From Gracilinanus agilis (lineage: Eukaryota), in assembly GCF_016433145.1 (NCBI RefSeq), contig NC_058133.1, positions 250,339,375-250,403,374 on the forward strand: a stretch of 64,000 nucleotides of DNA, in the 5' to 3' direction. Each line of letters opens with the position of its first letter. The first letter of the stretch is position 1. Positions 25,990 to 43,766 of this stretch are shown here, in pieces. The notes beneath the pieces were generated by a model that was given only the letters and a program-made list of their open reading frames with translations, made no database searches and was not told the DNA's origin. A program made the position numbers and the translations under genes.

Positions 25990-28176
25990 TCAGAGAGGCT
26001 GGTAGGCTGGTGGTCGTCTTCGGGAGATACAGAAGGCACTAAGCACAAGGATGAGTAGAGTGAGGAGGACAAGACCCACCACAAGAGGCACTAGGATGTT
26101 GAGATCAGCAGAGCAGGAGAAAGCTAGTAGGGGAGAAAAAAGGGAGAAGTAATGTGAACATTGAGGGATCCAGGAATAGTCTATAGGGGGGATTAGCTGA
26201 TGGAAAAGATCTTTGAATCTACTCTCTAAAGTGGAATTTAGGGTCTATAGTGCATAAACTCCGACTGGATGAAGAGGATATTATTCATAGGATTTAAAGC
26301 TGAAGGGGATCTTAGTCTGACCACCTCATCTTGCAGATGAGAAAACTGAGGCCCAAAGAGATTATTACTCAACCAGGTTGCTAAATTTGTGTGTTAAATA
26401 AGACCAGAGATGCCTGGACAAAGAGGGCATCATTGGGTGGGACCAGGGAATATAGTTCCAGTCCAGTGGAAGAGGGAGGTCATTTGGAAAAACAAGACAG
26501 AGGAATTCGGAAAGGATCTTCCCTGGAAAGGAAGATGCCTTGCACATAGAAAGTCTTAATGTTTAATTGAATTAAATTGATTGGTAAGCCAGCCTCCTGG
26601 CCTCCCCCACCCCCACCTCCACCCCCATCCCTTCTTGCCTGCACTGAAGGCTCCACTTGAGGGCAGCTGAGCTGCCTGTAGCTGCAGAGAGAGCAAGTCG
26701 AGATGGATGTCTGGGGAGAGAGCTATACTTCTATTTCTGCAGCTGAAGCTATGACCCAGTGGTGTTTGGAGATCATGAAGTGATGAATTCTCTACTGAGA
26801 ATGTCCATCCTGATTTAAGGAGTGTTTAGAGAGCAAGAACGTGAGTATCCATTTCTTTTTCTTTCCCCCTCTTCCATTTCCCTTCAGTAAACCAAACATT
26901 GGTGTGTGGGAGTGTACTCACCGGTTGCGGATGGGAAGGACACATTGAACTCTGTGGCCAAGTGGCTCAGGTAGACAATTTTCTTGATTGAATCCTGGAA
27001 GGGATGGTGTTAAGGACTGATGATAAGCATATCTTTGTACTATAGTAAATTGTCATACAACATATATGTGATGGAGAAAGGATGAGTTGGGGGTTGTCAT
27101 TTGAAGGTTAAAATTGTACCTACTTTCAGGGAGTAGCTAGGTGTCTCAGTGGATTGAGAGACAGGCCCTTAGAGGGGTGGTGCTGAGTTCAAATTTGACT
27201 TCAGGCACTTCCTAGTGCCTAGAGTGACCCTGGGCAAGTCACTTAACTTACTACTCTTCTGCCTTGGAACCAATACACAGTGTTGGTTCTAAGATGTAAG
27301 GGTTAAAAAAAAAGAAAGAAAAGGAAAAAACTGTACCTGCTTGAAACCAAAGATGAGTTTTCCATTAGGAAAAGAGAGAATCAGGCTGGAATGGTTGGCC
27401 TCACAGCTCCCCTGAGCCATTGTTCTTTTGGGGTTCAGTACAAAAATGCCCCAAAGCTTTAGGAAGGAAAAAACAAAATGGAGTCAGTTTACTGCACCAG
27501 TCTTCCCCTTCTGCTTTTTTCCCCTTCTTCTCAATCTTCCCTTGCCTTAACTTCCCACCCGGTCCCCAGCTTTATCAGACTCTTGCTGTCCCCTCCCAGT
27601 GGACCTGCCTTTCCTCCACCACGGGCCTGGTATAGGACTCTCATCTGGATCTGAGCCCGGAGATGAACACAGAGCTGGGAACCGTTGGCCCCAATGTAGT
27701 CTCCAACAGCCCCACTGGGGCTAGAAGTGGGTTTGGGGGAAGGTGGGACTGGCACAGACTGTGAAGTGCTGGTGGTTGAGATGTTTCTTGGGCTTGTGGT
27801 AGTTCCATGAGTGATAGCTGTTCCTTCACTTGTGGTTGGATAACTGGTAGAGGTGCTGTTCCTGTGGGGGGTAGTGGCAGTCGTGGAGGTCCTATGGGTT
27901 GTGGCTGTACTCGCAGGGCTCGTGGTGGTTTCAGGGGTTGTGGTACTCTTCTCTGTGGCTATGGTTGTCACCGTGAACGATGGCACCAGTGTAACAGATT
28001 TCTCATGGGGACACTTATCTCCTGCCCCCTGCTCTTTGGGGGGGAAAAGAGTAAGGGCAGATCAGCCCTGGAGGATAATTGAGATGACTACCCTAGTTTC
28101 CCCAACCCTGTCACCCTTCCCCCATACCTGCCAGCAGCCCCAGCAAGATACCAGAAAGCAGCAGAGAGAGTCTCAT
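25990..28176 (-). CDS. CD68: CD68/macrosialin (signal peptide, Thr/Ser mucin domain, LAMP domain, TM, YQPL sorting motif), 6 exons, 323 aa
   Basis: Exons 28176-28128, 28033-27609, 27456-27337, 26994-26922, 26809-26639, 26123-25990; total 972 nt. The model uses GC donors at introns 2 and 5. Peptides MRLSLLLSGILLGLLA, CVHLRAQIQ, WGIFVLNP, FSC, RRRPPAYQPL*. Confidence 0.94.
27129..27325 (+). mobile_element. Opossum SINE1-like element in CD68 intron 3
   Basis: Recognisable SINE head and tail; a degenerate ~19-bp TSD overlaps the exon 3 donor. Confidence 0.85.
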
Positions 28177-29002
28177 GGTAGGAATGTTGATTAGGATCCT
28201 TTCTCCCTTTCTTCTCTTCAATTAGGACTGATTCACCCAACTGTCTGGTCTTTTAGAGATGGGAAACCTACTTCCTGATAAGTAACTCTCCTCCCCCATT
28301 CTGATTCAGGGACCTCAGGATCACCAGACTCAGTGCTGAGTCAAGAATTTCTCAATCTTCAGTTTGCCTCCACCAATGTGGTCAAGAGGATCCTTTTGGA
28401 CCAAGAGGAAGCTGAAGGGATGTATGGGGGTGGCATAAAAAGCCAGGGATAGGATTATGAGAATAGGCTTGGGGGTGGGTGGATGGGTATTAAATTCCAA
28501 TAATTAAGAATGGCAAGTACCATGATGCCAAAGGGTGTGTGGCTTTTCCTTTTTTTTTGCATGTTATACCCTCCCACCTTCCCTTCTTCCGGTTTTGTAG
28601 AGACAAGTCTTTCATCTCTAGATCAATGGTCATGCTTTATGAGTTAAGGGATATTTGTAGGCTTAAGAACTAGGGCAGCTAAGTGGCACCAGTGGACAGT
28701 GACAGGCCTGAAATCTGGCCTCACTAGCTATGGGACCTTGGGCAAATCGCCTAACTACAAAAGGAAATGGCAAATCACAAGAAAACCTCAAAACTGGGTC
28801 ACAAAGTAGTCTGACATGGCTGAACAACAAAAAAGGTAAGAGCTAGGGCAGACAATACTATGTGTAGAATACCCTAACCCTGGGGTAAAGAATATGTATA
28901 ATCCTTTAAGGAGATACCCAGTCAATACTACCCAGAATATGGGTTGAGGAAAGGGGGAGATAAAAAAAAATAAGAAGCCCAAACAGGCAGTTTCCAAGTA
29001 AT

Positions 29003-29424
29003 TTTATTCAGAATTTCGTGGTTTCTTTTCCTAAATCAATAAATACTATACAAAACAACATAAAAATGACTACTTTCTCTCCCCTGCTCCCTTTACCTGG
29101 GGGGGTGGGGGTGGGGGGTGAGCCAACCCACGGAGCCATTCTAGCCTCATAGGGTGGGGGTTAGGTCCCCCAACTTTTGTCCAGGAACAGGGAGTAGAGT
29201 AGAACGGCCAATCATGGGCTCTCAACTACCTTTTTGGGGGAGAGGTATTTGGCTGCTGGGAATGGGGGACAGACTGGCTTGAAGCAGTGAAGGGTTGAAT
29301 TAGTGTTTTGGAGTTACAGGAAGGAGTTGGGGGGAGGTGTCGGCGCCAAGGGCATAAACCTGCCCCAAAGAAAAGGGTGTCTAAAGGTTCACAGTTCCTT
29401 TTGCCTCAAAAATTGACATTTATT
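29003..29424 (-). terminator. EIF4A1: EIF4A1 tandem polyadenylation signals
   Basis: Minus-strand AATAAA at 29419-29424 (proximal) and 29003-29008 (distal). Confidence 0.7.
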
Positions 29425-29553
29425 CAAAGTCAAAAAAAAAAAAAAAGGAAAAAATGACAAAGGTGTCCATCCCTTGTTCCCCCCTCCCTTCCAGCTTCCC
29501 CTCCCCCCATCCCAGAGAGCAGGGCCCTGGGTGAAATCAGGCGGGGAAGCCTC

Positions 29554-35563
<6,010 letters not shown>

Positions 35564-35915
35564 GATCCTGGGAACTAGGGCGGAGGATCCGCCTCTCGAC
35601 AACTTATAGAGCACCCAACCCCGCCCCAGCCATCGCATTGGCTCCGAGGTCTGGGCCCCGCCTGCTGCCACCCAGCAACGCGCCGTGACGCTATCCCGCG
35701 GACACCCTGCTGCGCAACTTCCATTGGTCTACCTCGCTGCACATCAGACTAGAGACCCGCCCCGCACTTTCATTGGCCAGGAATGCCGCCCTTCTCATCC
35801 GCTCGGAAATGACGTTTAGGTGGTGAGCCTCGAGGCCAGGCGGCCATCTTGCCCCCCACGTGTGGCGGCAATAGTGTCCTGATCATGTGCCCACGTCCAC
35901 TATCACGTGAGAAGA
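35564..35915 (-). promoter_or_regulatory. EIF4A1: EIF4A1 promoter
   Basis: TATAAG at 35603-35608; three minus-strand CCAAT boxes (35637, 35723, 35773); GC boxes; YY1 GCCATCTTG; E-boxes CACGTG (35857-35862) and TCACGTGA (35903-35910). Confidence 0.85.
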
Positions 35916-36612
35916 AGTTGACTCTCCGGTTCCCAAGACTTCCGGCCTTCAGGATAACTACAATGCCTCAGTAGAGACCCCTGACTTCATCAGGGTTCCA
36001 ATGCACTGGCCCCAGAATCTGTTGCCCAGCTCTTAAAACTTTCCCCAGGAAGGAATTAACGCGGTCACATTCCCTTAAACTTGCACCATTCTATTCCTTC
36101 CCCAAACACACACATTCACTTTAGAGGAGTTGAAAGTATTTGTAACTGATGATGGTAAAAAAGTATCCCAACAGCTGCCAAAGGATAATCAATGGCTCTA
36201 TCCTTCTGTTAAACTAGAAGAGGCTGTAGACCATCTTGATCCCAAAGTTGTGTCTCCTTTTCTATCTTCAACTTAGGCCTTCGGGCAACCCCCACCTTAT
36301 TTAATTCTCAAAATCCCTTTGAAGTTGCCATCTTTCTCCTAAGCCTTAAATGAGAAGTGTATATCAGGAAGGTGTTACATAAACTAGACCTCTGGTTTCC
36401 TTTCAGCTCCCCTTAATGAATTGGGCAAAAGGAAGAAGTCAAGCCAATACTGCCTGGAAAAGAAACATCAAGGGCAAGGGAACGCTTATAATCCTGGACA
36501 GTCTGACAATATCTCTTTGCACCCTACTCTAGGAAGGTAGGACAGAATGATCATTTGATCATTCAACCTGCTTCTAGCAAGACAACCACCACACACAATC
36601 TCCAAAGGATCC

Positions 36613-36618
36613 TTTATT
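36613..36618 (-). terminator. SENP3: SENP3 polyadenylation signal
   Basis: Minus-strand AATAAA about 480 nt after the stop. Confidence 0.7.
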
Positions 36619-36639
36619 GACCAGAGCAGGATCACTGTT

Positions 36640-36692
36640 TATATACATACATACATATATATATATACACACACACACATATATATGTATAT
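36640..36692. repeat. (TACA)n/(TA)n/(CA)n microsatellite in the SENP3 3' UTR
   Basis: Read directly. Confidence 0.9.
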
Positions 36693-37094
36693 AAACAAAC
36701 AAGCAAAGTTTGATGGTATGGCATTCAGGAATCCCTTAACCCACCACCCCACCACCCCACCCTCCCTGGCAAAAACAAAACAAAAAAACCCCACAAAGTT
36801 CCATGAATATGGAAGGGGAAGGGCTCCTCACTCCCTCCACACTTTCTTCAGGACAGAGGAAGGAAAAGGGGTTCCCAGTGCCAATCCTACCCCCATAAAT
36901 CAAACAGGGATTCTTAAAAAACAAACAAACAAAAAAAAAAACAGAAACCAAGGGAAACATTTAAATATGAAAAACAAACATGTATATGGGGGAGTCATGG
37001 GGTCCAGGGAAAAAAAGGAATAGGTTTTTGTAGGTCAGAAAGGGGAAAGATGTTCTCCAGCCTTCACATAGATTGGGGGCTTGGGGTCCAAGGC

Positions 37095-40000
37095 TCACAC
37101 AGTGAGTTTGCAGTGACACAGCTCTTTGTAGATCTGCCGACGAAGTTTGGGCATGTCCTGCTGTGTGAAGCTGAAGGGCTGAGACAGGGCCAGGTACTTG
37201 CAATACTGGGTATGAAGTAAAAAAGGGACAGTAAGGGCAAGAGAGGGAAATACAAAGAAAAAGGGTAACAGGAAATAATTGTGGGTTGGGGTCAATTAGA
37301 GATTACTTCTGAGCCCAAGAACATGGGGACCAGATTTAACAATATTCTAAATATTAAGGTAAACTAGAAGGCCACAAGGAAAAGGCTGAATGGAACAGAG
37401 CCCTTCTGAGCTTTATAGGGTGGTAGAAGTACTCAGAGAAGGTCTGGTGTCACCCCCAGAATTTGAAATGACAAAATCAAGAGCAGAGGACAATAATATG
37501 GTCTGGTATCCCTACTGACTCACCTGCAATACAAAGGCACCACAGTCACTGTCATTATTTTGTCTGGCTACATTCTGGTAGGGAGAAAAAGAACATGTTC
37601 ATGAATCTTGTCTGGAAGCTTTTGAATATCTGAGTTTTTCCCTTCCCATGCACTAAAAGTACCATACTGGTTACTTACCATCTTGAAGTAACCCTTCCAA
37701 CCCTGGTGGAAATCTAGCCGATCCTTCTTCACTGCCTCAGCCTGTAGGTACTTAGCAATATGCTGGATTGGTGGAAGAATATTAGCAACAGTTATATGTT
37801 TTAATGTTCTACAACTTACTATAACAACCCTATGACCTAAGTGCCATGGGTATTTTTATCTTGATTTTAAAGATGAGGAAATGGAAGCTGAGAGGTTATA
37901 AGATATGTAATACAGTACAGTTACAAAGAAAGCTTTAAAAAAGAGAATACTCTAAATTTTCCTGTCCACTAACCATAACCATATCTTCGAATCTCTCACT
38001 ATCAGAAGCCAGAGACTTTAGACTTTATCCCCTGAAGTCTCTTTTCCTAGTTTTTGCCAAAAATTAAAGTTATGTCATATTTCCCTTACCTTACCACTTC
38101 AACTCCTCACCTTGGGACATCTGCGGTTGAGGGTACGCTGTGAGTCAAAATAAGTGATGGTCCGCTGTCTCACATCCACAGAAATGAGTGACCAGTGTAC
38201 TTCCAGGTGGATAGGGATCAACAGGAGTTCCTTATTGAAGATATCCACCTAGGAAAAGGCAATGTGAAATAATGGAATGTGAAATAAGGATTTAGGGATG
38301 CCTAACTCCATTATTTGATGGTGAAGGGTTTGAGAACCTAGACATTTGGGATAGAGAAAGGAATATGAGCTTCCCCCCTATCCCCGCCCCCCCCCAAGCT
38401 GCACCTCCTCCCCATAAGAGCAGGGGATTACTTTGTTGTGATAAACTAACACAAGAGATGCTGGGACCAATGTTCCAATCTGCCAACCCTAGAATATATT
38501 TGGTCTTTGATAGGGAATCTTTGGGGAAGAATGGGAGAAAAGGATGATGAAAAACATAATTACTCCTAAAAAGATGAATATTGTTGGTAGATAGAGAAAA
38601 GACTTCTAAACTCACATTTTTGGTCCACCTTTTCACTCCATCATAACCCTTGGTACGGAGTTTATCATAGAAGAAACTGTTGAAGAAATGAACCTATTGC
38701 AATGACACAAGAGTCACAGTTACCTGAAGTACCAAATACACCAGCTTAGGCCCCTAACAATTGATTCATTAGATAATCTTTACTTCTCTCAGAGATCTAA
38801 GCAATTGGTCCCTTAGTGCTAAATGTTCTTGCCTCCTTCTCCAGCATCCTATTTCCCTAACATCTTTCCACTACTATTCACCACTCTTTAATCCCTATAT
38901 CTTTTGGGAACTGGAAGGATTCCTAATCTCATCCTTACCCCACACTTGAAGTAGAGGAGGAAAAGAAATGGAATTATTCTCCACCCCCCCCCCTTTGTTC
39001 TATTACTCTATTACTCCTTATATTCTCTAGTTCTTTTAAGGAAGAGGTGGGGGAAGGCTGCAAAGAACTGAAGGAAAATCAAAAGAAGTGAGGGGAAGTA
39101 GGGAGTATGGGAGCATCCTCAATTGTTTCAGAGACCAAGGTACAAAAGGATTAAAAGAGGCTAATGTCTACCATAAGCATTTTCCCTAAATTAAAATGAG
39201 ATCTCTGTGATTGACAGTTGATGTTCTTTGAAAAAACATAAGAACCGCTTGCCCTTTGTAGCCCTGAATAACTGGCATATATATATATATATATAAAATA
39301 GCACTTTGGGTAGAATAAAAAGGTCTTTTACATATATTATCTCTTTTGATCCTTATAACCCTTATAAAACCTTATAACAGTGAGCTAAATCCAGGTATTA
39401 TCCCCATTTTAAAGATGAAAAAGCTGAGTTTCAGGGAAGTTAAATGACATCTACATTCACACAACTAGGAAGTATAAGAGATGGGATTTAAATCCAAATC
39501 CTAGTTGTTCATGCCTCAATTCCAATAGTTCTCTTTTTCCACTATCCTATGCTTTCTTCCCTCAAAATGGAAGATTTAGGAAGTTTTCAGGCCAAATATC
39601 TGGAGGCTTCCCATTCCCCCAGACTTGTGGAAAAGTTTAACTCTAATCCCTTGCCCGTGCCAGTTTCCTCCTCTTTCCATAGCACACATTCTAGAGCCTA
39701 TAAGATCCCTGGAAGGGAAGGACAAATGGTTGGCCTCTTATACAGCCTCCTGGCTACTGGCTCCTTAACAGAGGACAAGAGAGTCTTTTGCTGGCAGTGC
39801 ATCTCTTCCTGTTCCGTCCACGAAACAGGGCAAGAGGTTTTCTAGGTTAAAGCATATCTCCTTCCTTTCCCATTCCCCCACCTCCCAGTCTCTTTGAAGG
39901 GAACCTTCTTACAATCAGGGCACCTGTTACAGCCAAACAGGACCAAGGTGTTAGCTGGTGTGCTACTATTTTCATTCCCTGAAGCTATCTCAGTCTGGCT

Positions 40001-43000
40001 TTGAGTCTCACATACCTCTAACTGCTCCTAAACAATGGAAAAGGAACACTTTTTTGTCATTCTTGAATTAGAAGGTAAACTTCATGTAGGGAAGGTAATT
40101 ATTGGAGCTTAAAAATATGCTGAAACAGGGCTTCCAATTCCAAATTGAATCCTACCTCAGATTCTTTACTAGCTGTTGTGACCCTAGGTAAACCATTTAA
40201 ACTCATCCTGTTTCCTCTTCTGCAAAATATGTCAAATAACAGCACAAATCTAAAGTTGATGTGGACTGAGATGACCATATGTAAAGCAATTTGCAAACCT
40301 TAAAGTGCTATGTAAACACAGTCTATTAATGTGCTTGAAGCTATTATTCTCCCTGTTAGGTGTGGAAGTACCTAAAGGAGCAGCAGGAGAACCAATGGAA
40401 GCCCTCTTGGAGGAACCAGTCCCAGAGAATGAGGGATAACCTGTGACTGGGGAAGGGGGTACAGGAGTAATCTTTTGGGGAAAGGAGTTTGAAAGGAAGA
40501 ATTGCTCTTATCATCTAGTTTTCACCTTCTCAATTCCTTAATCCAAACCTAAAAATCCACATTAGATCCCCGTTTTCCCAAAAGCTCAGTAACTTCCCCA
40601 AAAGGACATCTTTCTCCACAATTCCTGGAGCTACATTTTTTTTCCCCAGGCCCCTTCCCTTTCTAAGTAGCTTTTGGTAAGAGCTCAACTTTCAACTTAA
40701 GAAATTCTTAAAATGCTATAATTGGTTAAGGATAATAGGTAAGATTTAAATGAGAGGTACACTGGCAGGGAGATGTTATAGTCATTCCCTAATTAGGCCT
40801 TGAAAAGCATAGATTTCATCAATCAGTTCTCTCCCAGTGCCTGTCTTTCCCTCCAGATGAAGGAATCTAATTGTCCCAGCTTCAGTCATAGACCAGACTT
40901 CTTGCCTCTGGATCAGTAATTTTGAAAATAACTTATTCCCAGAGCTGTATAGAAAAAAGGAATAGCCCAAATATGTGAAAATGTTAAGTACTTACCCCCT
41001 CTATTAGACATATAGAAAAAGGACTAGTCCCAGGGAGGCAGCACAGTACAATGGGCAGAGGGATAACTTTGGAGTCATTCATCCCAAACTCTGCCACTTA
41101 TTCTACTTTTGTGACTTTGGACAAGTCATTTCATTGCTCTAGACCCCAGATTCCTCACCTGCGAAATGAGGTAGGGGACAAGATGACCTTCTTTTAAGAT
41201 TCCTTGTTGGGGGCAGCTGGGTGGCTCAGTGGATTGAGAGTCAGGCTTAGAGATGGGAGGTCCTAGGTTGAAATCTGGCCTCAGACACTTCCCAGCTGTG
41301 TGACCCTGGACAAATCACTTGACCCCCATTGCCTACCGTTACCACTCTTCTGCCTAGGAGCCAATACACAGAAGTTTAGGGTTCAAAAAAAAAAAAAAAG
41401 ATTCCTTGTTGTTGTTCTGTAGTTTCAATCATGTCTGATTCTTTGTAATCAATTTGGGATTATCCTAGCAAAGATACTGGAGTGCTGGGTCATTTCCTTC
41501 TCCAGCTTATTTTATAGATGAAGAAACTGAGTTCAACAGGGTTAAGTGATATGCCCATGGTCAAAGAGCTGTCTGAGGCCATATTTGAACTCAGGACTTC
41601 CCTGACTTTAGACCTGGCACTTCATCCATTTCATCACCTAGCTCATTTTTTAAGGTCTCATCCCATCTTAAATGTAGTTCTTTGACAGAAATAGTAAGGA
41701 AGGACTTCCAGAAGTGTTCCTGCCTGCTAAAAAGTGGAAAGAAATCCTCTAGACCTATCAATCCCAACTGAGATGCTCTTTTCCCACTATTTTCAAGTCC
41801 TATGATCCCCTTTTCAATGCCTGTCCATTCAAATTCCAGGCTCATCTTACTTAGAGCCTAAGGTATTTGGTCCATCCTACCTTCTCTGGAACAGTGTCCA
41901 TTACTAGATCTCCATACATATTCATCACCTTTGGGAAAAAAGATTAAGGGGGAAAATGACTTTAGAAGAAGTAAAACTGTCCAAGAAACACTGAACTCCC
42001 TCCCCTTCTACAGACAGAAGAAAGCTCAATCTAGCCCCTCCCATTGTTCTACAGAAGATTCTATAGAAGGGACTGAAGTATCCTATTGACTATTCCTTGA
42101 CTTTACTCCCCCCTCAAAGATCACAGAATCTCAAGGTTGGACTAGATCTTAGAGATCATCTGACCAACTTGTACCTAAACAAGATCCTGGTCTTCTGCCC
42201 CAGGTCCTCACCCAACTCTATCCCTCACCTGGTCATTAAGCCAGTTCTGCCCGTACAAGGTCCCCAGGTCATCCATGGTCAGCACGTGCCGCTTATAGGC
42301 CACACGAAAGCCTCTCACCATAGCATTGCCTGGCATACGTTGGTATGACTGGATCAGCTGCTGAACTAACCCTTTTCTGGTAAGATTTGGGAATTGTTGA
42401 CACAAGAAGAATGAGACAGGCAGAGCCAGGCAACACAAGAATCCTGCTAAAGCATCATCTCTTCCCTCCCCACCATATCTCCCTTTCAACATTACAGGTT
42501 CTATTCCCTTTGGAGGGGCCCAAGCAACCCATCTCCAGTCCAGTCCTAAGAACTAAGCATCACATTCCCCGGCCTTTGGTTCCCTCCCCATGGGCAAAAA
42601 ATACCTTTCCCCTCTTCCAGTCCCTGCCTAGAAACACGCTAATTAATCTGGAAGCATTAAAATTCTAGTTAGTGATATTGCATAGGGTATGTATGTGTCC
42701 TGTTCCCCTCTCCCCCTGGCCTTTCCCCTCCTTCTTCCCCCTTATTCTGAGACTCACCTAGAAGGTGTGGAGAACTCTTGCTGGAAAATATCTTCCAGTT
42801 TCTCTACTACTTCATCTGTGCTAAGAGGAATGAGGCTGCCATATGTCTGAAGAAATTCATCAAGGATGCCTGGGAAGGAAAGGGGAGAAAAAACTAAACA
42901 GATTGGGCTTCTGGGCTCCAATCTGAAAGGAATACGGAAAACACTGGAACTTGGAAGAAAAGGGACCTCTTGGTCTAAATTCAAGGGTACCAGGGCATAT

Positions 43001-43712
43001 CCTTACTCTGCACACAGGTGACATGTTCTTCTCGAAGGGGGCTATGCTGCCCTGCCTTCTCTCCTGGACGCTCCTGCTCCTCAGCAGCTCCTACTTCAGA
43101 TCCTTGGAACAACTCCTGGGCAGTTCGGTCTCCAATGCTACATACATTACTGATGAGGATGCTAGCATCAGGAGGTGCCAGGCTCAGCTCCCCATCCACT
43201 CCAGATGTTCCCCCAAAGCCATTAGGCAGAGAACATTGAAGGAGACCTGCATGGTAAAGGAGAAAATGTGGGGAAGAGAGATAGAAGTTGGGCTAAACAG
43301 CAATAGGGAAAGCAGATGGATTAATTGAGAAAAACCAACAAGTTACAGAATGGCAGAACAAAAGAAATTGACAGCAAAGATACACAGCCAATGATAAAGA
43401 ATGAGGAAAAGGCAATAAAAAGAATTTGGGGAAAGGTGCAGGGAAGTCCAAGGATGGAAAAGTATGCCGAGTAAATCTCTCCTGTTAGGTGAAGGGGTAT
43501 ACAAAACCGGTTGCTCTCCTCAAAAAAAGGTGTTCTTGGGGGCAGCTGGGTGGCTCAGTGGATTGAGAGCCAGGGCTAGAGGTTCAAATTTGGCCTCAGA
43601 CACTTCCTAGCTGTATGACCCTGGGCAAGTTATTTAACTCCCATTGCCTAGCCTTTACTGCGCTTCTGCCTTGGAACCAATACATAATATTGATTCTAAG
43701 GCGAAACGTAAG

Positions 43713-43766
<54 letters not shown>

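Noticed and set aside
27620-28030. Thr/Ser-rich quasi-repeats
   Set aside because: Explained by the CD68 mucin domain.
41209-41290. tRNA-like A and B boxes (also in the other SINE heads)
   Set aside because: These are tRNA-derived SINE heads that continue into SINE body and tail; no cloverleaf tRNA gene is present.
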